From an uncultured virus (IMG/VR IMGVR_UViG_3300011741_000001) (taxonomy: Duplodnaviria > Heunggongvirae > Uroviricota > Caudoviricetes): a stretch of DNA of 64,000 nucleotides. Position numbers and translations under genes: made by a program. Shown one piece after another: positions 1-9,259 of this stretch. Under the pieces are notes generated by a model. It worked only from the letters and a program-made list of their open reading frames with translations. It was not told the origin of the DNA and made no database searches. Each line of letters starts with the position of its first letter. Position 1 is the stretch's first letter. The stretch spans positions 1 through 64,000 of IMG/VR virus record IMGVR_UViG_3300011741_000001. One strand, given 5' to 3'.

Positions 1-1076
1 TAGAGGTTGTAAATCAAATCTCCCATACAGACCGCACACACCCCTTGCTTCGCCATGTGGCGACACGTCATCGCACTGCGGAAGACCAGTGGTTTCCCAA
101 TCAGTCCTTCGTAATCGGCTTTCTCAAAACGACGCCACGGCCCTGTGGTGTCGTTCTCCAGTCGATAACGCATGCCTTCCATGGCCATAAACGAATCTTT
201 CGATACGTCGGTGTTCTGGAAGGTATGGCAGTGATGGTGCGTGGTACCACAGTCGCCGTAATAGAACGTCATCAACACGTTGGCCGCCAGCTGCAGTTTA
301 CGGGAACCGTATTCCGCTTCGGCGATGTTATCCGTGTTATACAGATGCGAACGAGAGGTAGCGCCGGCTTCTTTGATACGGGATGCCAAATCGTGCAGAC
401 CGTTGAAGAAACCTTCCCACACTTGGTTGGTGTACACACGGGAGTCAATCTCAGAGGTCTTACCACGCACATAGGCCTGGAGAATCTGGTTGATTTTGAC
501 CGTACCGTCTTTCACCGACATGACCAATGGATTGTACTTCAGCCGTTCATCGTTAGCGATAATGCTTTCGATAATCTGATAGGCTTTCTCCACCATGTCC
601 ACGCCTTCGTCATCGTAACCGGTCGGATACTGCACCGTCCAGTCGAGTACGATCTTGTAGTCAGGGTGTGCGTAGATCTCCATCATCGTGTCCACATCGA
701 TTGTCGTGCAATACGGCAACAGATGTTTCACGGTCAGGTTAAACGCATCCGCATAGATGTGCTGAGACAGGATGTAACGCGTATCCGGTAACTCCACACC
801 TGCTTCGCGTGCCAACACCGATGCTTTGGACATGAACCCGATGTGTTTATCATCGGTGGCCACTTCCCCGTGCTGGTAACACATTGATGAGGGGGTCGAC
901 ACGCTTGGATACAGTCGAGACAGTGCCCAATACGGCCAGCTCAACTTAATCTGGCGTGAAGCCAATTGCAACTCCACACCGTCATCAAACGTCACCCGAT
1001 ACATCCCGCGCATCTTCCACACTTTCTCTGCAGACAATGCACGCACATCACGAATATGAACCGGATGCCCCTTCAT
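1..1076 (-). CDS. Non-virion RNA polymerase beta'-like subunit (phiKZ gp74-like), runs off the left edge
   Basis: Absent from the ORF track because it has no stop in the window. ATG at 1076 overlaps the upstream TGA (TGATG). Manual translation MKGHPVHIRDV... contains beta'-type GDCGT and RSAMTC...GVCAVCMG Zn motifs; follows the beta-C subunit gene. Confidence 0.85.
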   Translation of the reverse strand, partial: MKGHPVHIRDVRALSAEKVWKMRGMYRVTFDDGVELQLASRQIKLSWPYWALSRLYPSVSTPSSMCYQHGEVATDDKHIGFMSKASVLAREAGVELPDTRYILSQHIYADAFNLTVKHLLPYCTTIDVDTMMEIYAHPDYKIVLDWTVQYPTGYDDEGVDMVEKAYQIIESIIANDERLKYNPLVMSVKDGTVKINQILQAYVRGKTSEIDSRVYTNQVWEGFFNGLHDLASRIKEAGATSRSHLYNTDNIAEAEYGSRKLQLAANVLMTFYYGDCGTTHHHCHTFQNTDVSKDSFMAMEGMRYRLENDTTGPWRRFEKADYEGLIGKPLVFRSAMTCRHMAKQGVCAVCMGDLIYNL

Positions 1077-3289
1077 CAATTCTCCTCCCGTTGCGGCCGC
1101 ACTAACACAAAGCCCTCACAACGATGCACGTTGCTGATCACTTTATCCACCTGAGACGTCCCAAGCGGAAACTTCTTACGATCGATGATATACCCCGGAT
1201 TTGTCGGTGTGTCCGACTCGTACAGTTTGGTCACCATCTCACGATGCACATCCGGCGAGTTCGCGCGGTTGTGGATTTCATCAATCAACTGTTTACCGTA
1301 ACCGGAACCCAGACGACGTTCCGACTCACCCAGCCATTTCTTCGCGCTGTAGTTAATCGGGTAGTTACCGCGACCGCTGCTGCTCGAATCAATACAACCG
1401 AGATAGTTCAGATACATCGATGAGATACTGGAGAACTCACGGCCGGTTTTATCCAGACGCAGGGTTTCCACATAGCCGGCGTAGAACTCGTTCTTCGTCC
1501 ACTCCTGCACACCGTCGTAGTTGGTGATCAGTAGCTTGGTTTTCTTCGGTTTGAATTCACCCAAACCTTCTACGATCCCAACCGGTGTGTTGTCCAGTTC
1601 ATGCGGGAGCCACAGACGGATGGTGAAGTCGTAGATCTCTTTGAAGAGTTCCAGACGTTTCGCATCGGTGTCGTGTTCTTCCATCAGGAAGTTCGCCCAG
1701 TCCGCATTGTAACGGGCACAGTAGTCCATCAGGATGTCCCATGCTTCCGTTAGCTGGTCAGCTTCCAGCATCGGTTTAAGGCGCATCTTCAGCTGCTCAG
1801 AGGCCGCAGACCAATAGATGTGGAACAGACCCGAATACGTTGAACGACGCACCACGGCGTTCTGAGAGCGCATCACGTGGATACGTTGACCCAGTTCGTT
1901 CAGTGGCATTTCGTGGTCAGGTTTCACCGCACCGACGATCCCCTTGGTACCCGAACGGTCAGTGATTTTCGAGGAGACCGTCACCGGGATCGGATAACGC
2001 ACCACGATACGCACGGTGTACGTATTGATGGGGTCGCGCAACGCACGTTCCACGGGATCTTTCAAACGAGACAGAATACGGTTATCCGCCGCTTCCTGCT
2101 TATACTCGTTACGACGCACGGCTTCCTGAATCTCTTTGCGCATCTCCTGCTGGAATTCCTGATACACTTCGTAAGTTTCCGAAGCGAACGCTTTGTCCAA
2201 CAGTTCTGCTGCACGAGGAGACCAGACCACATCTTCCTGCATCAGGAAGTAGAAACGAATCAGCTCACGATAAAACTGCTTCAACGCCAACGCATACTGG
2301 TCGAGAATCTTTTTGTTCTCTTCCGTCGCACGGATGTTGTTGTGGCCTTTATCGATGGAATACTCGTCACGCCACACCTGCAAGTCAATCACCCGTGAAC
2401 CGTTATAGTCCGTTGGGCACTCGTGGTGTTTCGGGTCAGCATCCACGTATTCGCAGTGGTCGTAGAACGGACTGGCGTGCATGGTCTCACCCATGTTCGC
2501 TGTGATAGCCGCGTACAACGGATCGAAACGACGGGCCGCACACACCAGACCATCATCGCGTACCGCTTCACCGATGTTTGGGAAATACTGCGGATAACGC
2601 ACACCGTCCACGGTCTTACCGTAGATGTCCAGCAAGAACTCGTCGTCACGCAACGACATCTCGATGGTACGATAACCCCAACCGTGCATCTTCTCTGCAG
2701 CGGTCTCGGAAATGGTGTAAGAATCCTCAATGATGTCCGGATGGGAAATGGACACCGTCATCAGATTCACCCCGTCCACAAACTCCCCGTCCTTCAGACA
2801 GTTCATCGTGGTCAGGATATCATCCCGCTCGAGGTCATCGGTTTCACCCCGCACGATACGACGCAGCATTTCCGTGGGACGTTTCTCGGAAGTGAACACG
2901 TTATCGTGTGCGGTATAGTTACTGGTTTCGATGAGATCAATCATCGGTTTCAACTGGGTACTGGCATCCCGTGCGGTACGACGTGTAAAGATAGCGTACT
3001 GCAAGACATTGGGATCGCCTACCCGCGCATGACGTGCAAACACCGCACGACGTTGCTTGCCTTTGTCATTATACTGCAACACCACACCCGTGTCTTCGAC
3101 GATGTCGTTGAACACCACGTTGGCGTATTCCGTGTCTGCACCCGTAAAGTGAATCGTTGGTTCTGGGGAATCAATCGGCACCGCCGATTTCATATGTCCG
3201 CCTACCATTGCCGCACGCGAACCCGATATTTCATTAATACCCGTTTCACGGTCAGCAGAGACGCCGGTAAATTCAGTAAAAGATTTCAT
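1076..3289 (-). CDS. Non-virion RNA polymerase beta C-terminal subunit (phiKZ gp71/73-like), intron-less
   Basis: Beta motifs SRAAMVGGHMKSAVP, IEDSYTISE, SKITDRSGTKGIV, KWLGESE. Start moved from track TTG 3319 to ATG 3289, which has a GGAG RBS. Confidence 0.9.
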   Translation of the reverse strand: MKSFTEFTGVSADRETGINEISGSRAAMVGGHMKSAVPIDSPEPTIHFTGADTEYANVVFNDIVEDTGVVLQYNDKGKQRRAVFARHARVGDPNVLQYAIFTRRTARDASTQLKPMIDLIETSNYTAHDNVFTSEKRPTEMLRRIVRGETDDLERDDILTTMNCLKDGEFVDGVNLMTVSISHPDIIEDSYTISETAAEKMHGWGYRTIEMSLRDDEFLLDIYGKTVDGVRYPQYFPNIGEAVRDDGLVCAARRFDPLYAAITANMGETMHASPFYDHCEYVDADPKHHECPTDYNGSRVIDLQVWRDEYSIDKGHNNIRATEENKKILDQYALALKQFYRELIRFYFLMQEDVVWSPRAAELLDKAFASETYEVYQEFQQEMRKEIQEAVRRNEYKQEAADNRILSRLKDPVERALRDPINTYTVRIVVRYPIPVTVSSKITDRSGTKGIVGAVKPDHEMPLNELGQRIHVMRSQNAVVRRSTYSGLFHIYWSAASEQLKMRLKPMLEADQLTEAWDILMDYCARYNADWANFLMEEHDTDAKRLELFKEIYDFTIRLWLPHELDNTPVGIVEGLGEFKPKKTKLLITNYDGVQEWTKNEFYAGYVETLRLDKTGREFSSISSMYLNYLGCIDSSSSGRGNYPINYSAKKWLGESERRLGSGYGKQLIDEIHNRANSPDVHREMVTKLYESDTPTNPGYIIDRKKFPLGTSQVDKVISNVHRCEGFVLVRPQREEN

Positions 3290-3360
3290 TATTAAAAGGC
3301 TCCTTTCGTGTTCCTGCAACTAGATAAAATCTATCTCTACTTATTTTAAAGGAGAGTTCC

Positions 3361-3690
3361 GTGCTCGACCAATTCATCACGTTGCCAGAGATTATCCCGC
3401 CACCTGAAACTAACAAGCAGCGTGTATTGCGGGACCACATCGACTTTATGCGCAATCACCCAGATACTAAAGACTTCAACGTCGACCCGGCTATCAGCTG
3501 GCCCGAAGTTGGTTACTTCTACATGTATTGTCGTACGGCAGGCTTCGACGACATACAGGTTTACCCCATCATGCTGTTGAACAATATGGTAGACACGTTC
3601 GACTTCAACCCGAGAACGGTTACCACGTTGCGTGTCCCTACTGCACCGGTTGTGCAGGGGATTATCGCCACACTCAACAACAATGTGTAG
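3361..3690 (+). CDS. Small protein, possibly T4 gp53/P2 gpX-like (LysM-type) baseplate protein
   Basis: AAGGAG RBS before GTG and its own terminator. IMLLNNM..DF....LRVP resembles gp53/gpX patterns (by eye only). Confidence 0.6.
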   Translation: MLDQFITLPEIIPPPETNKQRVLRDHIDFMRNHPDTKDFNVDPAISWPEVGYFYMYCRTAGFDDIQVYPIMLLNNMVDTFDFNPRTVTTLRVPTAPVVQGIIATLNNNV

Positions 3691-3733
3691 AAAAAAAGAA
3701 GGGGCCGGTAAGGCCCCTCTTTATTTTTTTTTT
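3691..3733. terminator. Bidirectional intrinsic terminator
   Basis: A-run, AGGGGCC-ggtaa-GGCCCCT hairpin, T-run, between convergent genes. Confidence 0.85.
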
Positions 3734-3740
3734 GTCCCGG

Positions 3741-5051
3741 TTAGAAACTGAACCCACCGTTCCCACCGCCGAGCAATGATCCGCCCAACAGAGAACCGCC
3801 GGAGTTTCCACCCAAGAGACTGCCACCGCTGTTACCGGTTGAGAATAAACTGCCCGAGGTACCACCACCCAGAATGCTTGGCGTATTAGAGCTACCACCC
3901 ATTGCCGCAGCAAGAGAGATATTGTTGATTGACTCAGTGGCCACGTTTGCCCGACCCGACTGCTCCAGATTACGCTGCTGGAGCGGCGTCAGGGTAGCAG
4001 GGTCTGGTGCGCCGAACAACGATGTGTTGTTGTTCTTACCGACACCGGCTTTACGGAAGAAGTCTGCCAGATCCTGCTCACTTTCATCCATCGTTGATGC
4101 CGACGGCGCAGCTTTAGGCTCGTTCGCCGGAGACGGTTGCAGACGGAAGTCTTGTTGAGAAGTATCTTTCTCACCTTCATTACGCGGGCCGACGTTAAAC
4201 GGCAGCGTCTGCACTTTGTTGTTGTACTGGGCGAGATGGTCGAGTTGACCAATCCACGCATCGTTCAACGGACGCAGTGCAGAGTGATCCTTTAACCCTT
4301 TCACAATCAGGTTATAGTTCACCACGTAGTTAGCCCATGCGCGCGACAGTGCACCGAAGTACGGACGGTCGTCGTTAGAGCCAGTGAGCGACGGAATCCA
4401 ATTGAACACAGTCTCAAGCAGGCGATGCAGAATCACCTTATCTTGTTTCCGGCCCAGTTTCGCTCCGAAGTACATTGCTGTGCCGTCTTCGCCCTCTTCT
4501 TCAAAGCAGTGGTGATAGTTCGCGGCACGGATGTATTTCACCCCTTCCACTTTCATCTCCGTTGCAATGAAGATCTGGATGCGCTTCTTGGCGTCAACAG
4601 AACTATTCACATAGTTCTCAATAGCGGTGAAGCTCGTTTGTAATCCTTTATCGAACTTCGGATCTTTGATCCCCTCGCAGATATCCGCGAGCCACTTTTT
4701 GTATCCCGCGAGGCGAATCGGCTTCCCTTCTGCCGCCACGTCGAGAATCACACGAATCAGCTCCATCGAGAGTGTCCACGCTCGGGAGATGATTGCTTTC
4801 TTCAGGAAACGGATAGTGCCCGATTCCCCGTACAACACCGACTCACACAGCGGATGGAAGGCATGGCATTCCAGCCCGTCTCCATCTTCCATGTCGGCTT
4901 TGATCATTGCCGAGGTCGGGAGTACCATACGACGCTTCACGCCGTTGTATTTAAAGTACGCTGGGACGGTACCGTCCATCAACAACTTATCATCTTCTAC
5001 AGAGAAACCCAGCGAAGCCAGTTCATCAGTATAGAACTCGAAAATATTCAT
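3741..5051 (-). CDS. Conserved nucleus-block protein (phiKZ gp70 position) with Gly/Ser/Leu repeat tail
   Basis: 436-aa ORF between the PicA candidate and nvRNAP beta-C; low-complexity C-terminus with GSLLGG repeats ending GFSF. Confidence 0.75.
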   Translation of the reverse strand: MNIFEFYTDELASLGFSVEDDKLLMDGTVPAYFKYNGVKRRMVLPTSAMIKADMEDGDGLECHAFHPLCESVLYGESGTIRFLKKAIISRAWTLSMELIRVILDVAAEGKPIRLAGYKKWLADICEGIKDPKFDKGLQTSFTAIENYVNSSVDAKKRIQIFIATEMKVEGVKYIRAANYHHCFEEEGEDGTAMYFGAKLGRKQDKVILHRLLETVFNWIPSLTGSNDDRPYFGALSRAWANYVVNYNLIVKGLKDHSALRPLNDAWIGQLDHLAQYNNKVQTLPFNVGPRNEGEKDTSQQDFRLQPSPANEPKAAPSASTMDESEQDLADFFRKAGVGKNNNTSLFGAPDPATLTPLQQRNLEQSGRANVATESINNISLAAAMGGSSNTPSILGGGTSGSLFSTGNSGGSLLGGNSGGSLLGGSLLGGGNGGFSF

Positions 5052-5065
5052 GTGGTAGATAATCC

Positions 5066-6745
5066 TTAGAAGTTAAAGCTGTCAGACCCACCACCCAGCG
5101 ATGTTAACCCGCTATCCGCGAGCAAACTACCGCCCGACGGCCCGGTTGGAATATTACTGAGGATACGACCCTTACCAATGGTACGTTCGTGGTCGTTGTA
5201 ACCCTCATCAATGGCTTTGGTCAATGTGTTGACATCTGATGCCAACTGACCGACGTACGACAGATCCGTGGTGTTACCCATGTGCAGACGGGAACTCAGG
5301 AACGACGCGAAGGTACGAGACTCTGGGAAGATTTCCCCATCGATTTGAATCTCGATACGGTTCACCACACCGAGTTTCGCGATACACCACACGCTGCAAC
5401 GAATCGCATTGTGTTTGGTCACGGTCAGCATCAGCGCATTCAGATCCCCAATCAACTGACTGGCGAGTTCCGGTGGCATCTGTGCACCCGCTACCCCACC
5501 AACAGACATTGGGTCAATCTGCAGCTGTGCTGGCGTCATGAAGTCTGCACTGCGGTTATCGAAGGTAAAGGACATCTCACCCACGAGGCTTTTCACCATG
5601 ATCGGTGCCAGCTGCATCGCCATGTCGTACTGCACCAGACTGCCCTGAGTGGCGTTACCTTTCGGCGTTAACCACGCATCGGTTTTATCCGCTTCCAGTG
5701 CAAAGCGAACACGATCGGCTTCACGCAGCGACGTACGAATGTCTTCGTCGAGCTTATACGTGTTGTCGATGGCATGACGCAAGTCCATCAGACGGAACTG
5801 TGCTTTGTTACTGTTACGCCAGTTGCCTTCGTTTTGTCCGGTGTTGCGCTGCAGCGCCGAACGCATCGCTTGCACGAAGTCATAGTTGTTGAACTGACGC
5901 ATCACGCCGAGCTGGGTTAACTCACGCTGAATCCCATACGCGCCACTGCCTTCGAAGAACGAATCAACCTGCGTCAGCGTGTCGTCGTTACCGAGGGTTT
6001 TCAAGTACGAGTTAGAGATAGCCGTCACGAAGTTATCCGGGCGGGTGAGCTTGTTCGACATCAACTGCGCAGTGGTCTGCGTGTTCGGTGCAAACAGTGT
6101 ATCGCCGGTTGGGATAAACTTCTCATTACCGGAGAGATTCATCTTGTTAACCATGTCTGCGGATTTCGCCACAGAGATTAAGTCGATGGTTGACTCCGGC
6201 ATGTACCCTTCGGCATTCAGCGCTTGTGACAACACGTAGTTGTCCATCATGCGGAACCCGACGGCTTTACGTTCGCCCAATGAACCGTACGCATACGTGA
6301 CACGCAGGCCATAGATGTCATTGATGTTCAACACCATGTCATCCGGTAACAGACCCGTAAGAGAACGGGTGGCTTGGCTGGTATACCCGGTTACGATGTA
6401 ACGCGTTTCCTGACTGCGGGTTTCATTGATCGGATTCGCCACGATGGTTGCGATGAAGTTGTACACACCGGTGTCTGCCGAGTTGTACGAGAACTCCACC
6501 ACTTTCTTATCGCTTTCACCGACGTTAATCAGTGGACGTTCCACACCCGCTGCCGTTTCATCAAAGCCCACGATACCGCTTAAGGCTGACTGATACTCCA
6601 CACTGCCGATAGCGCTTTTACCCCCACGGGCAACCACGTCAATCAGACTGTCTAAAGAAGACGTCGTACCGGCAAAACCAACACGACGACGAATTTGTTC
6701 CGGAATGTCGTATACCGGGTAGCACACCAAGCTTTCTAAGATCAT
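5066..6745 (-). CDS. picA: Candidate nuclear-shell protein import factor PicA/Imp1 (phiKZ gp69-like)
   Basis: 559 aa, AGGAG RBS, immediately downstream of the gp68-like gene as in phiKZ-like phages. Function inferred from synteny and size. Confidence 0.6.
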   Translation of the reverse strand: MILESLVCYPVYDIPEQIRRRVGFAGTTSSLDSLIDVVARGGKSAIGSVEYQSALSGIVGFDETAAGVERPLINVGESDKKVVEFSYNSADTGVYNFIATIVANPINETRSQETRYIVTGYTSQATRSLTGLLPDDMVLNINDIYGLRVTYAYGSLGERKAVGFRMMDNYVLSQALNAEGYMPESTIDLISVAKSADMVNKMNLSGNEKFIPTGDTLFAPNTQTTAQLMSNKLTRPDNFVTAISNSYLKTLGNDDTLTQVDSFFEGSGAYGIQRELTQLGVMRQFNNYDFVQAMRSALQRNTGQNEGNWRNSNKAQFRLMDLRHAIDNTYKLDEDIRTSLREADRVRFALEADKTDAWLTPKGNATQGSLVQYDMAMQLAPIMVKSLVGEMSFTFDNRSADFMTPAQLQIDPMSVGGVAGAQMPPELASQLIGDLNALMLTVTKHNAIRCSVWCIAKLGVVNRIEIQIDGEIFPESRTFASFLSSRLHMGNTTDLSYVGQLASDVNTLTKAIDEGYNDHERTIGKGRILSNIPTGPSGGSLLADSGLTSLGGGSDSFNF

Positions 6746-6759
6746 TTAGTAGATTCTCC

Positions 6760-8394
6760 TTACGAGTTAAACCAGTCAACTTCATTCAGTTTGTTACGTG
6801 CCTGAATGGTTAACATTTCTGCCAGTTGCGTTTGGATGGCACCACCCAGACGCATCTTTTCAATGGACGCTTCACACTGTAACAAGGCCGCGGCTTCTTC
6901 TGTCGCATTCAGGTTAAAGTAGTACGGCGCGATATGATTGCTCAACAACAAGTTCAATGATTCACGAGGCGTAGAATCAGTGCTGACACTGCCTCTCGAT
7001 GACTTGTAAGCATGAGGATAATATCTATCCATTTTAATTTTGATATCATTATCAATCGGTTGAATCGGATGACCGGTCATGTTCCCCGGAATCATCGTAC
7101 AGCTCAACAGACGGGCCACGTCATGCATTCCGTAATGCAGATACACTGCCTGTGCGATCGCCATGCCGTGTTTGAATGCATCCCGATGGATATCCTTAAA
7201 CGAGCGACAATCCACAAAGCGGTGAATCACCGACGCCACCAACCATTCGTGCAGTTCGTACGTTGGGCCGTTATGGTGCGTGAGTATGGAATCAATCAAG
7301 GTCTTCACCGTGCTCGGTGGGACGTCGATGCCATAACGTTTGATGAACCGACGATAGTCCATCATGGAGATCCCCCCACGAATCGGTTCTTTCGGGGGTG
7401 CGTCTTCACGTCCCTCGATTAAATCGATTGCAGTGACCTTTCCCTTTTCCCCGTTGTACACCACATTCACCGGGTGTTGTTTCAGCAACACGTTCTGACC
7501 CGAGATACGGGAAGCAAACCCGCCTTCCACTTCAGTACGAATCGCGTAGAAGATTTGCGAGATGGTGTTGTTCTCGTTCATGTCTGCCGTGCCGTAGTCC
7601 GCACCCACCGGATGCAAGCCCAACACGAACACCGCCGTGAACGCCATCTGATACTCTTCCAGCATGTCCGAACCGTAACCACAGACCGAGGCCAGTACCG
7701 ACAGACTCGTCCCGTTAGGGCCTTTGTTGCTTTCTTTCTGGAACTTCTCAACCAGACAATCCAGAAACACTTTCAGTTTCGGAATGGCCGGACTGCGAGA
7801 GAGATCCGTGCCGTGCAAGACGTTATAGCTGCGAATCATGTTGTACACAACTTTACGCTTGGTCTCTTGCGCCAGACCTTTGCCGTTGATGTACGCACCC
7901 AGCATGTTGAACAACGGCACATACGCTTTGATGGTCAACGAGTACATCAGCATCTCGTAATACTCATGGCGAATGTACGTCATCTCACGCGGATAATTCG
8001 GTGGCAGCGAATCAAAGTTCTCCTGAAGTTTCTCAGGAATCCACACTTTATCCATCGGATACAGCGCTTTGAAGTTGGAGATTTTGTGCAGGCTGTCCAG
8101 TACGCGCACGATACCCGGCAGGTATTCTTCTACCGTTTCCGGTTCTGCGCCACTCAGAGCAGCGATGGTGTCGTACGTTTCGTACAACTGATCCTGTTCG
8201 GCCGACGTGAGGGTCGTCCAATAACGTTCCAGCTCCACGAACAATAAGTCGTCACGGGTCATCACTTCACCGTTGGCGTTACGCGCACCAACGATGTTCT
8301 GCTTCTTGCGATTAATCGCCGGCAGACCTTCGAAGCGAACAGATTTGTCACGATGGGTAATCGTGATGACCTCTTTCACTTTAGCAATTTTCAT
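6760..8394 (-). CDS. Non-virion RNAP promoter-specificity (sigma-like) subunit, phiKZ gp68-like
   Basis: 544 aa, helical composition, GGAG RBS, syntenic position in the gp65-gp74 block. Confidence 0.65.
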   Translation of the reverse strand: MKIAKVKEVITITHRDKSVRFEGLPAINRKKQNIVGARNANGEVMTRDDLLFVELERYWTTLTSAEQDQLYETYDTIAALSGAEPETVEEYLPGIVRVLDSLHKISNFKALYPMDKVWIPEKLQENFDSLPPNYPREMTYIRHEYYEMLMYSLTIKAYVPLFNMLGAYINGKGLAQETKRKVVYNMIRSYNVLHGTDLSRSPAIPKLKVFLDCLVEKFQKESNKGPNGTSLSVLASVCGYGSDMLEEYQMAFTAVFVLGLHPVGADYGTADMNENNTISQIFYAIRTEVEGGFASRISGQNVLLKQHPVNVVYNGEKGKVTAIDLIEGREDAPPKEPIRGGISMMDYRRFIKRYGIDVPPSTVKTLIDSILTHHNGPTYELHEWLVASVIHRFVDCRSFKDIHRDAFKHGMAIAQAVYLHYGMHDVARLLSCTMIPGNMTGHPIQPIDNDIKIKMDRYYPHAYKSSRGSVSTDSTPRESLNLLLSNHIAPYYFNLNATEEAAALLQCEASIEKMRLGGAIQTQLAEMLTIQARNKLNEVDWFNS

Positions 8395-8525
8395 TTAGAA
8401 ACTCCGATACCAGTGGGGTTGTGCACTAAGATAATATCTGTCTCAGATATCATTCAGTACATCATTATTGTTGTGGAACACATATTCGTCAGACAGGCCA
8501 CAGGTCTCCCCGTGGCCGTCATTAA

Positions 8526-9194
8526 TTACAGTACGTCGTCGAACGTTTGGGTAGCTTGAGCCTGCTGCTGACCGCCGCCGCTATAACCACCGCGTTGCTG
8601 GTTATTGTTGCCGTAGCTGTTGTTACCGCCACGTTGCTGATAACCACCAGACTGCCCACCGAAGCCTTTCTTCTCGAAGTCACGTGGTTTGTACACTTCG
8701 CGCGTCCACTCGATGAACAGCTCGAAGTCACCCACGAACGAACGGGCACAACGCTCACGCAGTTCCAGATCGCTCAGTGGCTGGCCGTTACGCATGATGG
8801 TGAAGAACTTCGCCGGATACCAGAAGAACTTCTTGGACTTCTTCTGACCGTTAACATCGCCGGACAGGGCAATGAACGGCACCAGATCGTCGCCACGACC
8901 CACATGCAGCGTTGTCGGTGGTTTGTTACCACGGCTGTTTTCAAAGCTGAGCGTCTGCTTCTCAGACTTCTTCAACACGTCTTCCAGTGCTTCTTTGATC
9001 TGACGACAGGTGCCCAGCGGGGCATCAAAGTACAGACCTTCGCCTTTGCCAAAAGAGTAGGCAAATTTCAGACCTTCCACATCCCCGTTGAAATCGTTGG
9101 GTTCGATTTTCAACTTGGTTTGTTTGTTCGCATTATCCGGTTCGGTTAACGGAAACAGCGTACGGTCTTTAAAGATTTCTAAGTTCATGTTCAT
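8526..9194 (-). CDS. Candidate ChmC / phiKZ gp67-like single-stranded nucleic-acid-binding protein
   Basis: Basic/aromatic core plus G/Q/N-rich disordered tail ending TFDDVL; directly upstream of the gp68-like gene; start moved to ATG 9194 (AAGGA RBS). Confidence 0.6.
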   Translation of the reverse strand: MNMNLEIFKDRTLFPLTEPDNANKQTKLKIEPNDFNGDVEGLKFAYSFGKGEGLYFDAPLGTCRQIKEALEDVLKKSEKQTLSFENSRGNKPPTTLHVGRGDDLVPFIALSGDVNGQKKSKKFFWYPAKFFTIMRNGQPLSDLELRERCARSFVGDFELFIEWTREVYKPRDFEKKGFGGQSGGYQQRGGNNSYGNNNQQRGGYSGGGQQQAQATQTFDDVL

Positions 9195-9259
9195 TCTATT
9201 TTGTCCTTCGTAAATGCCAGCGGGCTTCACCTCAAATGAAGCCGCGGTAATGTAAAAAA

